64,000 nucleotides of DNA from Eledone cirrhosa (GCA_964016885.1 OZ024752.1:13516001-13580000), one strand, 5' to 3'. Positions 25,283-39,667 are shown, counted from the stretch's first letter. Made by a program: numbers and translations. The notes: generated by a model not told the origin, from the letters alone.

Positions 25283-27049
25283 TTATGTAGAATAAATAAT
25301 AAAAATGATGATCAAATATGTAATAAAAGGGAGTGCACTGTGAGCAGGACTATAATTTACAACTTGTGCTGCCGTTGTCAGGACAAGGGGCTTATATGAA
25401 TTGATGGAAGTCTGAACATAAAGGCATTGCGTGACTTTTGCATGAGATGATAAAAACACAGGGTTGACACAAACATAATATAGAGAGGATGGGTGAAGTT
25501 TATCAATGTATAATGAGGTTTTAAATGCAGGAAAATAAGTGGATTGTTCTCGAAATGCACAAGATGAAGTTCTATTTATACAAATCCCTGTCATTGTCCA
25601 GTAGATTTGGGTCCCATCTTTGTAGGGCCATCTGATTGTCATTGAAAATGGGGAAATATCGGAAAGAGTCAAATTCATTGTGACTAACTTAAGACTTTCC
25701 TGATTACTAAATCTAAATCCAAGCAAACTTTCTAAAGGATTGGAATGAAGGTATAGTTTTTCCAGAGATGTTGCACCTATTAAAGAACTTGCTGAGAGAT
25801 GTGTCAGTTTATTTCCAGACAAATCCAAAACTCGCAGATTTCGTAATGTCTTAAATACATTCTCTTTGATCACAGATATTTTATTTTCTGAGACATTAAT
25901 TTCTCGAATATAAACCATACGACGGAACATACCAGAATGTAGTTCCTTCAAATGATTGTTTTGCAAATATAAGTAACGAATACTTTCACGGAAATTAGCA
26001 AAGGCATCAGTGTTAATAGTTGATATATGATTTTCACTAAAATCAGCATAATATACACGGTTGGCGCCCATTAAAATATTTTTAGGAAGATGTTCAAATT
26101 TATTGTTCCGCAAGTAAATTTCTCTCAGACTGTCAGCTCCTTCAAATGTTTCAAGCTGAAATTCTGATAATAAATTTGTGTTGAGAGATAACTTTTGTAA
26201 TTTAGAAAATTTTGAAAATGTATTTGGTTCAATTAAAACTATTTCATTATCATTTAAAGAAAGAATTCTCAAGCTTCTTCCAAGTTTTGATAAAGTGTCT
26301 GATTTTAATTCTGTAATTCGGTTTTCATCTAGAAATAATTCCTCAAGCTTATCAAGACCAGCAAATGTGAACATTGAAATAGAATTAATTTGATTACCAT
26401 TAAGTTGTAAAGTAATAAGGTGTCTCATATCTAGAAAGCTGTAATCAGAAATCTGAAAGATTGCATTGTTTGAAGCATCCAGTGCACGAAGAGACTGTAA
26501 ACCACGAAAGCTGTTCTGGTGAATCCTTCCAACATTATTTTTGAAAAGATATATTCGTTTTAGATTGCGAAGACCAGAAAAGGAATCATTACTGATTGTT
26601 TCAATATAGTTACATTCCAAATGAAGTTCTTCAAGTTCAGAAAGAGCATTGAGCAAATTTGATCCTAATTGGGAAAGCAGATTAGCTTGTAAGTTTAATT
26701 TAATCAAAGTGGTCAGATTATTGAATAATCCAGGTGTTAATTCTTTAATTTGATTGGCTGCCAGATTCAGGTGATGAATCTTAGAAAAGTGTTCAAAAAT
26801 CTCAGATGGTACATTGTCGAGTTTATTTTGGCTAAGATCAATATATCGAACTTGACTGGGGATGTCTCCTGCCATTCTTTTTAACATGTCAGGTGTAATA
26901 CCTTGGTCATCACAATAGACATAATATTCCTGTAAGCACTCACATAGCAATGGACAAGTAGTTGCCCATATGTGACTCGTACATGGAAACAAAATAAACA
27001 GCAGAACAATGGCCACTGTGTCAGGAATCCATAGCAGTATCTTCACCAT
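25283..27049 (-). CDS. Secreted or cell-surface leucine-rich-repeat protein (about 588 aa): signal peptide, LRRNT, 16 LRRs, FN3-like domain, hydrophobic C-terminal tail (probable GPI anchor)
   Basis: Open frame 25283..27064; first in-frame ATG at 27049 follows the splice acceptor tttcAG at 27065-27070; CPLLCEC..VYC cap; LxxLxLxxN repeats; SMTIRW...LHPSSLYYVCV; ends LPFITYLIIIFIIYST*. Confidence 0.9.
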   Translation of the reverse strand: MVKILLWIPDTVAIVLLFILFPCTSHIWATTCPLLCECLQEYYVYCDDQGITPDMLKRMAGDIPSQVRYIDLSQNKLDNVPSEIFEHFSKIHHLNLAANQIKELTPGLFNNLTTLIKLNLQANLLSQLGSNLLNALSELEELHLECNYIETISNDSFSGLRNLKRIYLFKNNVGRIHQNSFRGLQSLRALDASNNAIFQISDYSFLDMRHLITLQLNGNQINSISMFTFAGLDKLEELFLDENRITELKSDTLSKLGRSLRILSLNDNEIVLIEPNTFSKFSKLQKLSLNTNLLSEFQLETFEGADSLREIYLRNNKFEHLPKNILMGANRVYYADFSENHISTINTDAFANFRESIRYLYLQNNHLKELHSGMFRRMVYIREINVSENKISVIKENVFKTLRNLRVLDLSGNKLTHLSASSLIGATSLEKLYLHSNPLESLLGFRFSNQESLKLVTMNLTLSDISPFSMTIRWPYKDGTQIYWTMTGICINRTSSCAFREQSTYFPAFKTSLYIDKLHPSSLYYVCVNPVFLSSHAKVTQCLYVQTSINSYKPLVLTTAAQVVNYSPAHSALPFITYLIIIFIIYST

Positions 27050-27738
27050 CTTCTTCCATTTCACCTGAAATATAATTTAAAACAGAATTATATAAATATC
27101 AAATGAGGTAAAGGTGAAAAAATATTTATCAAATCATAAAGTTGAATAGTTAAATAATGACTTTGGAAAATTTCCTAGGGATGCTTTTTGCATGAAGAAC
27201 ATGTACTTAAGTTGATCAATCATGGTATACTTGGAGAAGAGTGTGAAGCCACAGAGAGGTCTTGCTTGATAGCTACTCAATAAAGTGATAGTTCTGGTGT
27301 CATGAAATATATCTGAACATCCAATGTCTGTACATCCAATCTACCTAGGCAACTCAAGAGGAGAATCTTCAGAGCAACAACTAAGAAATCCTCCTTTATG
27401 ATTGTGAAACATTGACCTGTACTAAATCCAATGGCATGCAGAGATCTGGAGATGCCTGGGCCAATCTTGATTGGCCAAAGACTCAAGTATAAGGCCTAAT
27501 ATACTGAGAAATATTATGAGAAAGGAATACATTTTGAATATATAAACACAGATGAAACATGAAATAAATGCTGTATTTGATTTTAATATAAATCCCAAAT
27601 GTTGCCCTCCATCCAAAGGATGCCCAGGGTCAACACACCACCGGCCCCATCCCTCTGCACACTACTGACTAGACCCATGGCCAAGACCCTCAATGGTTGC
27701 TACACTTGGATGATCAGGATAAAACTATGATCCATTAA

Positions 27739-27959
27739 CCCTTTACTATTTACATTACTCTATATTTGCTATTGTATTTACATTACTCTATATCTATTAT
27801 TGTATTTTCATGGTAAACACTTTACCTCATATAATTATCTTGCATAATATCGAATCTATGAGATATTAATATTATATTAACATAAGTATGAGCAGCTGGT
27901 TACAGCTGGTTTGAACAGAAAAAGGTGAGAGAATTCTGGCCGGTTTAAATGCTAAAGGG
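27739..27959. mobile_element. piggyBac-like MITE copy without array expansion
   Basis: TTAA|cccttta...ctaaaggg|TTAA; body shared with 19324-20254. Confidence 0.8.
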
Positions 27960-28140
27960 TTAAAGGGACTAATAAGACAGACATGTCCGGAGTTGTCACT
28001 GTATATGGTGAAGGTGAGATTCACTCACCTTTGCATGCCTTAATTCAATTTTTAATCAATTTCGATTTTAGAATTATCTCCCATGCTTCTCTTGCCAAAA
28101 ACACTAACTAACTTTCTGTTGATTACAAGTGTAATATTAA

Positions 28141-28363
28141 CCCTTTAGCAATTTACATTACTGTATATATACTATTGTATTTTCACAGTGAACACTTTAT
28201 CTTACATAATTATCTCACATAATATCGAACCTACCAGATTTTGATATTATATATTTTGAGAACAATACCTTAACATAGGTATGAGCAGCCGATTATGGCC
28301 GTTTTGAACAGAAAAGAGGTGAGAGAATTCTGGCCAGATACGGTCGGTTTAAATGCTAAAGAG
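28141..28363. mobile_element. piggyBac-like MITE copy; partial inverted copy at 28568-28755
   Basis: TTAA|ccctttag...ctaaagag|TTAA. Confidence 0.75.
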
Positions 28364-29269
28364 TTAAATGATTAAGTTTTTTTTTTCTTCTTGTTAAGCC
28401 ACCTTGATAAAGTCTATGCTAAGTGTCTGGCAAAGAGATGTAGTGAGATTGTTAAATCGAAGCTAGCAGTGTGGTTGATACCCCAGACACAGCACAACTG
28501 ACCAGATATTCACACTGCAGCAGGTCTTCGAGAAATCGTAGGAGTATTTTTGTTGATTTAGTTTTAACCCTTTAACATTTAAACTGGCTGTATCCATCCA
28601 GAATTCTCTCCCCTCTCTCTGTTCAAACCAGCTGTAACCAGCTGCTTATACTGATGTTAAAGTATTGTTCTCAAAATAAATAATATCAACATCTCATAGA
28701 TTCGATATTATGTGAGGTAAAGCATTTACTGTGAAAATATAATAGTATATATAAAGTAACAGTCAAGGCCAGTGATGAACCAGGACATGTCCTCTTCAAA
28801 CAAAATACATATGAGATGTATAATTTTTCATGATATGCTGGTAGCCAAACGAGTTGGACATATTGGTGACCACCAAACATAACCATCTCCCTGACAAATA
28901 TGTCCGAACACAGAAGAGCCGAACTCCCACTGTCATTGCCTCCATCTCTCTTGCTCTCCCCATCTCTCTGTATAGTGAGTTTTAACACAGACAGTGTTGT
29001 TTTAGTGTTGTTTTAACACAGACAGTGTTGTTTTAGTGTTGTTTTAACACAAACCAGTGTTGTTTTAGTGTTGTTTTAACACAGACAGTGTTGTTTTAGT
29101 GTTATTTTAACACACACACACAAACACACTCAGAAGCACACATACACACAGACAAAAACACACACAAAGACACATATGTACATATTGTTTCCTTTTTCCA
29201 AATACACATTACACAAGTAACTGTTAACTTATTTCAATAATTCTGGTTTTACAAGATCTAAAACAAACC

Positions 29270-29490
29270 CTGGTGGTGGTTGTGGTGGTGGTGGGGGTAG
29301 TAGTGGTGGTGTGGTGGGAGTAGTAGTAGTGGTGGTGGGAGTAGTAGTAGTGGTGGTGGTTGTGGGAGTAGTAGTAGTGGTGGTGGTGGTGGTGGTGGGA
29401 GTAGTAGTGGTGGTGGTGGGAGTAGATAGTAGTAGTAGTAGTGGTGGTGGGCGTAGTAGTAGTGGTCGTGGTAGTAGTAGTAGTAGTAGC

Positions 29491-29522
<32 letters not shown>

Positions 29523-29645
29523 CAGCAGTAGTAGTAGCAGTAGTAGCAGTAGTAGTCGTATTAGTAGCAGTAGTAGTAGCAGTAGCAGTAGTAGTCGTAG
29601 TAGTAGCAACAGTAGTAGTAGCAGTAATAGCAGTATTAGTAGTAA

Positions 29646-29686
<41 letters not shown>

Positions 29687-29700
29687 ATGGGGGGGGGGTG
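29270..29700. repeat. (TAG/GGT/CAG)n trinucleotide low-complexity tract
   Basis: Directly visible. Confidence 0.95.
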
Positions 29701-29861
29701 GTATGGTTTAAAAAGATTTCTATCATAAGGGTAGAAAAATTGTACCTGAATGTGTAATTTGTTTACATGTGCACACACACACACAATCACACATACACAC
29801 ATTCAGACATACACACATACAGTCACACACATTCAGGCATACACATACACATACACACAAT

Positions 29862-29909
<48 letters not shown>

Positions 29910-30042
29910 TAGAAGTTATATTTAATTTGTTGAAAGTCCGACAAACAAATGTTTATAACTGATTTAGAGCACTCAATAGCATACTGGAGTAAATATTCAA
30001 TGATATTAAATAAATGGAAACTATATTTATAAAACCATATTT

Positions 30043-30106
30043 ATTTTATTATATATATTTCAAGGGCAACCAAGACAACATTGGTACGCTTTCATCAGAT
30101 AAGGTA
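30043..30106 (-). ncRNA. Minimal hammerhead motif in a single-arm copy (29908-30106) of the fold-back family
   Basis: Reverse complement reads ttat-CTGATGA-aagcgtaccaa...ttggttgccctt-GAAA-tatata-TA-ataa. Confidence 0.65.
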
Positions 30107-30587
30107 CAAAGTTTGTTTTATAAATAGAGACGTACCCATGAAAATCATACCTTATCGGTTGGAAATTCACTGGATTGTATATATCTATATACTATATATA
30201 TATATACAAGGGATAACAAAATATCGTTATAGGTAATCCAGTTAGATGTTGTGAATACTTCTTATTATGGATAGTTTTAGCGTATGGTGTTGTTTGTCTC
30301 AACAAGAGGTTTCCGTAGATGTCGAGTTTATGATTTCACTTGCATTCCTATGTAAGTATATCTTGGAGTAATAAAATTGAAAAAGTGAAGAATAACATGG
30401 TCAACAGTACAAAAAAAGGGGAATTTATTTACAGTCTAACAATTGTTTCACTGATTAAGTTGTCTAAAAATTGCTGAACACTAGAAGCAGTGCCACTCAA
30501 TTTTAAATATGATGTTAGCTCAATCAGAACATCAGAGACTATTACAACAAATATATAACCAGCAAATCTATCTATATATATATATAT

Positions 30588-30632
<45 letters not shown>

Positions 30633-31281
30633 TATATATATACACATATATATACACACATATATATATATATACACATATATATACACATATATATATA
30701 TATACATATATATAATTTTATTGTTTATTATTTATTATATGTGTTTATTATTTATTATATGTGTCTCTTGTAATTATATCATATTATTGCATCATGTATA
30801 TTGGGTAGATGTATTGTTATTATTTTCACTCTTATCATGCTTATTTTTATATTCAAACTTCTAATAGGGCTTAATTTGTGTAGTTGATCATAGATGGGTG
30901 TATTGTTGTATGTGTGTGTGTGTGTGTGTGTGTGTGCGCATATATACATGTATATATTGTACCTTTTGATTTTTAATTTGTAATTTTAATGTTGGTAAAG
31001 GTATATTATTATAATGTATTATGTTTATTGCATTGTGTTATATATAATTCCTGCTCTATATAACCAAATTTGTTTAGATTTAGGTTAGTTGCTTTGGACT
31101 ATATTTGTAATATGGTTCTTAATGTTATCTACATCCTTAGTTATTCTTATTATTATATATTTTTATTATTTTTATTTTTATTTTCATTTTTATTATCATA
31201 TATTTTTGTAAGACTTTAGTGTATGCACACTCCATATTCTTCAGAGTTTCCGGCTTGTATCTGCCGATATTACTTCTTGTT

Positions 31282-31338
31282 GTTTTGATTGCCCTGATGA
31301 GTCCTTAATAGGACGAAACATTGTCGGCTAATAAAAAC
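31282..31338 (+). ncRNA. Canonical-core type-I hammerhead ribozyme
   Basis: gttttgattgcc-CTGATGA-gtcc/ttaata/ggac-GAAA-catt-GTC-ggctaataaaaac; predicted cleavage after C31325. Confidence 0.85.
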
Positions 31339-31483
31339 TTTTGATGTATTAAAGGATTCTTTGTTTTACTCTCTTAATATATATATATATATATATATTT
31401 ACGTATATATATATATATATATTTACGTATATATATATATATTTACATATATATACATATATATATATACATATATATATAGT

Positions 31484-31539
<56 letters not shown>

Positions 31540-31568
31540 CATATATACATATATATTTACATATATAC

Positions 31569-31597
<29 letters not shown>

Positions 31598-31599
<2 letters not shown>

Positions 31600-31728
31600 A
31601 TCATCATCGTTTAACGTCCATATTCCACGCTTGCATGGGTTTCGACGGGAGTTTTCCCACTTGAGGCAAGAGTGGTTGTCTTGCTCGCATAGGACTGTCT
31701 GGCGAGTTTTCTACGGCTGGATGCCCTT
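31598..31728 (-). mobile_element. Short RTE 3' end inside (TA)n
   Basis: Matches 40137-40275, the tail of the full-length LINE. Confidence 0.8.
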
Positions 31729-31912
31729 ATATACATATATACATATACATATACACATACATATACATATATACATATACATATATACTTATATATATAT
31801 ATATACATATATACATATACATATATACATATACATATATACATATACATACATATACATATATACATATACATATATACTTATATATATATATATATAT
31901 ACATATATACAT

Positions 31913-31986
<74 letters not shown>

Positions 31987-32236
31987 GAGTGGGAGGGAAC
32001 CAGGGAAAGGGGATAAGGCAAGAAAGATTTAGCACAGTTTGTTTCAGAAAAAAATGAGATAAGACAAGTAGGAAGGAGCTCTCAGACAAGTTAAGAATAG
32101 AAAGGCTATAATCACCCCCCCCCCATTAAATAGTAACCAAGCAACAGAAAATCATGAGCAAGTAAGGTGTTTGTCAACTTAATGCAGACACCTAGCCCTG
32201 TTATGGCTAAGCCCAGAAGAATTGATATTCTATTAA

Positions 32237-33306
32237 CCCTTTAACATTTACATTACTCTATATATACTATTGTATTTTCACAGTAAAGGCTTTACCTCAC
32301 ATAACATTTACATTACTCTATATATACTATTTTTATAGAGTAGGCACATGGCTTAGTGGTTAGAGCATTGGCCTTGCAATCGAAAGGTTGTGAGTTCAAT
32401 TCTCAGACCGGTTAATGTGTTGTTTCCTTGAGCAAGACACTTTATTTCACATTGCTCCAGTTTACTCAACTGTAGAAATGAGATGATAGGACTGTAAAGT
32501 GGACGTGGAGGTGCCACGGAAAAAAGCATCCAGCACTCACTGTAAATGAGGTTGGTATTAGGAAGAGCACCCAGCTGTAGAAATCAAGCCAGAATCAGTT
32601 CCTGTCCCACCCTTGCAAGCAGGGAAAAAGCGGACGTAAAATGAAATGAAATGAAAATACTTTTGTATTTTCACAGTAAAGGCTTTACCTCACATAATAC
32701 CTCACATAACATTTACATTACTCTATATATACTACTGCATTTTCACAGTAAAGGCTTTACCTCACACAATATCTCACATAACATTTACATTACTCTATAT
32801 ATACTATGGTATTTTCACAGTAAAGGCTTTACCTCACATAACATTTACATTACTCTATATATTCTATTGTATTTTCACAGTAAAGGCTTTACCTCACATA
32901 ACATTTACATTACTCTATATATACTATTGTATTTTCACAGTAAAGGCTTTACCTCACATAATACCTCACATATCATTTACATTACTCTATATATACTATT
33001 GTATTTTCATAGTAAAGGCTGTATCTCACATAATATTTTTGAGAACAATACCATAACATGAGTTGCTGGTTACAGCCGGTTTGAACCGAAAGAGGTGAGA
33101 CAATTCTGGCCAGATACTCTATATTTACTATTATATTTTCACGGTAAAGTCTTTACCTCACATAATATTGAAAACTATGAGATTTTGATATTATTTATTT
33201 TGAGAACAATACCTTAACATCAGTATGAGTGACCAGTTACTGCCGGTTTCAACAGACAGAGGTGAGAGAACTCTGGCCGGATACGGTTGGTTTGATTGCT
33301 AAAGGG
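32237..33306. mobile_element. piggyBac-like element with a degenerate internal array and a nested family B SINE (32340-32650)
   Basis: TTAA|cccttta...ctaaaggg|TTAA; array units of about 60-72 bp. Confidence 0.8.
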
Positions 33307-34136
33307 TTAAACATTTCATTATTGTATTTCTAATGAATGACACTGACTATGATGCGTTGTGTCCTTGAGCAAGACACTTTATTTCCCCATTGCTCCAGTT
33401 CACTCAGTTGTAGAAATGATTTGCGAAATCACTGGTGTTGAGTTGTAATGGCCATTACCTTTCCCTTGGAAAACATTGGTGGCATGGAGAGGGGAGACTG
33501 GTATGCATGGGCACTAGTCTTCCACAAACAAACCTTGCCCAGGCTTGTGCCTTGGAGGAAAACTTTCTAGGTGCAAAACCATGGTTATTCGTGACCGATG
33601 GGGGCCTTCTAATGGTTTTCAAAACATTTAGAAAATAACCAAAAATTTAAAGGGACTTTAGTAATATAACTAACTTTCTGGTTATTAAGTTGATTGGAAC
33701 TTAACTTTAAAGTTCTTACATAAAATCATGATGGAAGGTTTTGGATAAATATAAACACTTTAAAATAGCAGTTTTGTATCAAAGACCCTGAGGTACCTTC
33801 AGTACTAGGATATCTATAAGCTATAGCTTAGGATCACATAGCCTCGTAGGGCCTCATTTCAAAAATATATTTGTATTTTATCGCTAGTTTTTATTCTTTA
33901 ACACTAAATCATCAAAAATGATGTATATATATATATGTAAATATATATATATGAATGAAAAATGGCGTGCTGCGTTGTTGCGAATGTGATACATATGAAT
34001 TAAAAAAAGAGCAAGAACCCAGGACTATCCGTCATCGAGCTCGACCGTTATATCGCGTGACTATCTCCCCCTCCGCCTTTTGGGATTCTTTCTCACGTCG
34101 TGTAGACGCGTTCTTGAGACTAGTAAAATGAGGTAT

Positions 34137-34222
34137 CCTCTTGATAAGTCGGCAGACCTCGCAAGGACTCTATATCTTTGATATATTGTTTTTGTTTATG
34201 CCATGAAACTACGTAGTCGAGG
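34137..34222 (+). ncRNA. Variant hammerhead motif with U3-A8 covariant core
   Basis: cctc-TTGATAA-gtcggca...tgccat-GAAA-ctacgta-GTC-gagg; stem I cctc/gagg; palindromic stem III. Confidence 0.5.
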
Positions 34223-34471
34223 AATTTAGGAACAGTTTAGGTATGATACATTTTATTACTAATTATATCTAAATGTTTCTTCTCTCTTCATAATGTATTT
34301 TTAACTCTGATACTGGTTCAGTCTAGTTCAAACTGAATTGGTCTGTCCCAGTCATTCATTGAGCAACATCGGTGAAGTTGGCACCCTTAACTCACAGTTG
34401 GGTGCGGACGCATTCATGTATATATGTGTGTGTCCGCATGTATCTGTGTGTTTCTAAATATATATATATAC

Positions 34472-34502
<31 letters not shown>

Positions 34503-34549
34503 CATACACATATATATATATATATACATATATACATATATATATATAC

Positions 34550-34580
<31 letters not shown>

Positions 34581-34830
34581 CATATATATATACATATATA
34601 TATATACATATATATATATACATATATATATACATATATATATGTATACATATATATATATATACATATATATATACATATATATATATACATATATACA
34701 TATACATATATATATACATATATACATATATATATATATATACATACATATATATATATATATATATATGCATACATACATATACATATATATATACATA
34801 TATATATATATACATATACATATACATATG

Positions 34831-36050
34831 TAGAATAAATTCCAAACCTGGAAGCAGGGACTAGAGAGAAAGGGCCTCAAAGTCAACATGACAAAGACTA
34901 AGGTCCTTATAAGTAGACAAGAAAACAGAACCCAGATCCCCTCAGGGAAATGGCCTTGCTCAGTATGTAGGAAAGGTGTAGGTAGGAACTCCATTCTTTG
35001 CCCCAAATGCAAACAATGGGTACACAAGAGATGTAGCGGGATCTCAGGAAGCTTAATTAAGAATGTAGGATTCACATGCAGCAGCTGTGCTGAAACAGCA
35101 AGCAAACAGCCACAGGAAACAAGTACCACCAATCTCTGGGAGGGCCCTGTAGAAACAGTAGACAGCTTCTGCTACCTAGGTGACCGAATTAGCAACAGAG
35201 GTGGGTGCTCAGAAAGTACAATAACTAGGGTAAGAACGGGATGGAAGAAGTTTAGGGAACTACTACCACTGCTAGCTGCAAAAGGCTTCTCCCTCAGAAT
35301 GAAAGGCAGACTGTATGATGCGTGTATCCGAACAGCGATGTTGCATGGTAGTGAGACCTGGGCGCTGAAGGTGGAAGACTTACGTAGATTAGAGAGAAAC
35401 GAAGCCTGCATGCTCCGATGGATGTGTAACAGTAATATACGTGAACGACAAAGCATAAATGAATTGAGAGAGAGACTGAGCATAAGAGGAATCAAATGCT
35501 GCGTGCAGGAGAGGCGGTTACGCTGGTATGGACATGTGATGCGTATGAAGGATGACAGCTGCATAAAAAGGTGCAGAGCACTAGAAGTTGATGGAAACCG
35601 CGGAGTGGGGAGACCCAAGATGACTTGGGATGAGGTGATAAAAGCCGACCTTACCCAACTACACCTCTCAAAGTCAATGACACACGACCGTGACTTCTGG
35701 CGTCACGCAGTAATACAGGGTACCCGACCTCCCATGGGTACATGCTGAAGCATATAAACAATATGCCCCCCCCCCCCCACCGCAAGGTGGTCGTGGAGGT
35801 GCCACGGCAAAAAAGCACCCAGCCCACACTGTAAAGTGGACGTGTAGGCGCCACGAAAAAGCACCCAGCACTCACTGTAAATGAGGTTGGTGTTAGGAAG
35901 GGCATCCAGCTGTAGAAATCAAGCCAGATCAGTTCCTGTATGAGCAAGGCATGGTCAGCCGACCAGACACTGCCCACAACAGGACAACCCGTCTAACCCA
36001 TGCTAGCGTGGAAGAACGGACGTAAAACGGTGATGATGATGATGATGATG
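34831..36050 (+). mobile_element. 5'-truncated RTE LINE: intact C-terminal ORF 34888..35748 plus 3' UTR and (GAT)n tail
   Basis: Protein closely similar to the C-terminus of 40492..43770 ([15 protein letters not shown]...LHGSETW..RRLRWYGHVMRM..GRPK.TW); (TA)-rich tracts on both sides. Confidence 0.92.
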
Positions 36051-36326
36051 ATATATATACATATACACATACATATATATATATATATACATATCCATAT
36101 ACATATATATATACATATATATATATACATATGCATATATACATATACATATATATATATATATATAAACGTGGTTGGTGTTAGGAAGGGAATCCAGCCT
36201 TATAAAACCCGCCAGACAGACCTATACAAGTAAGACAACCAATCTTGCCTTACGTGGTACAATTCCCGCCTAAACCCATACTAGCGTGGAAGATAGAAGT
36301 TATCTGATGATGATGATGATATAATA

Positions 36327-37240
36327 TGTAGAAAGGATAACATACTAGAGGGGAGATAATTTGTGCGATCAATAAAATAGGGAAACTCCTAGTGTATCGA
36401 ATCTATAACCCACGGAAGGTAAGGTAGACACATAATAATTAAAAATATAAATTAAAATAAGGTAAATTTCTATAAGTCGTTTGGAAGCCTCGACAATGCA
36501 GATGGGTAAATCTCCGGGTAACAAGATCCGGTGGTGGAGAGAGAGATGTAAGTGGCTGTACGTTGAGATGTGTGGCGTGTATAAGACTGTAACGTGTAGA
36601 GGAATGAAGGAAAGAACGTAAAGGATAAAAATAAAAATAACAACACGAGAAAGATTTACTTTGGGAGAGATTTAATTGTCCCTATATATTTCGGATTCAC
36701 ATCCGTCAACTGGGGTTTTTTTCGGGGGGGGGGGGGTCTGTCGGAAAGGTGCGAAACGTGTCCTCCGCTGTTCATTGTTTTGAATATCTGAGGTATAAAT
36801 TAAGATGTGTATACCCACCTCTATAACTATATAACACACACACGTACAAATCCAAAGAGATCTGTTTCGGCAAAAAATTATTGACTCTAATGGAAACACC
36901 TGTGGGTCATCAGCGTGTGTTAGGTTGATACATTCCAGACAACTCTAAGAAAATATAAGATAACCGTCCTGTAACATGTGGTAAAGAGATGTGACAGCGT
37001 GCACAGGACAGTGAACCAGGTGTTTCCATTTCAGTCAATAATCCTTTGACGAAACAGATCTCTTTGGATTTGTACGTGTGTGTTATATAGTTATAGAGGT
37101 GCGTTTACACATTTTGATTTATATTTTTAATTATTGTGTCTACCTTACCATCCATAGGTTGTAGATTCCATACACTGGTGGTTTCCCTGTTTTAGTGATC
37201 GCAAACACACTCTCTCTCTAGTGTGTTATCCTTTCTATAT
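36327..37240. repeat. Diverged fold-back element with two pairs of inverted segments
   Basis: About 36327-36450 inverted at 37120-37240; about 36795-36902 inverted at 37017-37122. Confidence 0.65.
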
Positions 37241-37329
37241 ATTGTATTTTGAAGAGCTCAGGATTCCTTTTCCTTTGAGCACTTAACTTACAGGGAACAA
37301 CGAGAGTCTATGGCTCCGTTAATTTATCT

Positions 37330-37431
<102 letters not shown>

Positions 37432-37609
37432 ATAATAATAAATTTGAAGACTAAAATCCAAAGATGGCTCGATAAGGATAAATATATATCAGATATATAA
37501 GAACCGTAGAGCAAATATTTATTACAATAACAGATTAAAGTTTCAGAAGATCCTGTTAAGGGTGAAAGCAGCGATTCTTTGCTTAAACTTTAATCTGTTA
37601 TTTTAATAA

Positions 37610-38721
<1,112 letters not shown>

Positions 38722-38912
38722 CATTTTTGAATTTGTTTTGCGAGAATCTGAAAACGTGTGTTGTAATGGACATATATTAGTGATTGAGGTCAAAATGATG
38801 ACATACAGACACACAAGAACCAAACTAACAAAACAAATGAGACACACACAGATAGAACAAACAACCAGCTAGTGACAAGTAAATAAACCACACAAATAAA
38901 TAAAAACACACA

Positions 38913-39098
38913 CAGGGCCGTCTTAACGCATATGGGCACACAGGGCCGACTTAACGCATGGGCACGCTGGGCAGTTGCCCGGGGGCCACACCAGGATAGA
39001 GGGCCCATTTGTATTTTTATTCCTGTGAGTGGTTGTGTAGGTAGGGGCCCCAATCCTCTGCTTTGCCCGGGGGCCTATAATGCTGTTAAAATGCCCTG
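38913..39098. mobile_element. hAT-like GC-rich MITE inserted into a hammerhead-family element
   Basis: cagggccgtcttaac...gttaaaatgccctg with exact 8-bp TSD aacacaca. Confidence 0.75.
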
Positions 39099-39409
39099 AA
39101 CACACACAGATGTAATGCATGCACAAACTAAGCACACAACAGACAATACACAACACTCACGGATGTAATGCATGCACAAACTAAGCACACAACAGACAAC
39201 ACACACAAATAAGATGGTGTAGGACAGAACAAAGGAGAGGCACAAAATAGAAAAAAATAATCACTGAGGAAGTCACAGAATGTGTGACGAAGGAGCTTTG
39301 ACAATATATAAACAACCTTCCAGTTATCAAACCAACGAACTAACTGGAAACTTAAATAAATTGTGTGTTTTCATTGGCAACGTGACCCTCCCAAAGTATA
39401 ACAATATAA

Positions 39410-39490
<81 letters not shown>

Positions 39491-39667
39491 AATGAAGTAA
39501 CAGGAGGCTGGACTGGTGTAAATCCTTGAAAGGTTTATTATACTATGATCATTTCAATGACCGGGTTCCATATGGATCTGGTGATATCATCAGGTATTGG
39601 AATATAACAAAGGAATACGTAAAAAGCCATGGGTCCGAAAAACCATGGATCCGAGAAACCAGAGACA

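Noticed and set aside
36855-36920. Hammerhead on the - strand (CTGATGA...GAAAcagaTC)
   Set aside because: Core words are present but stems I and II do not pair convincingly; at best a decayed copy
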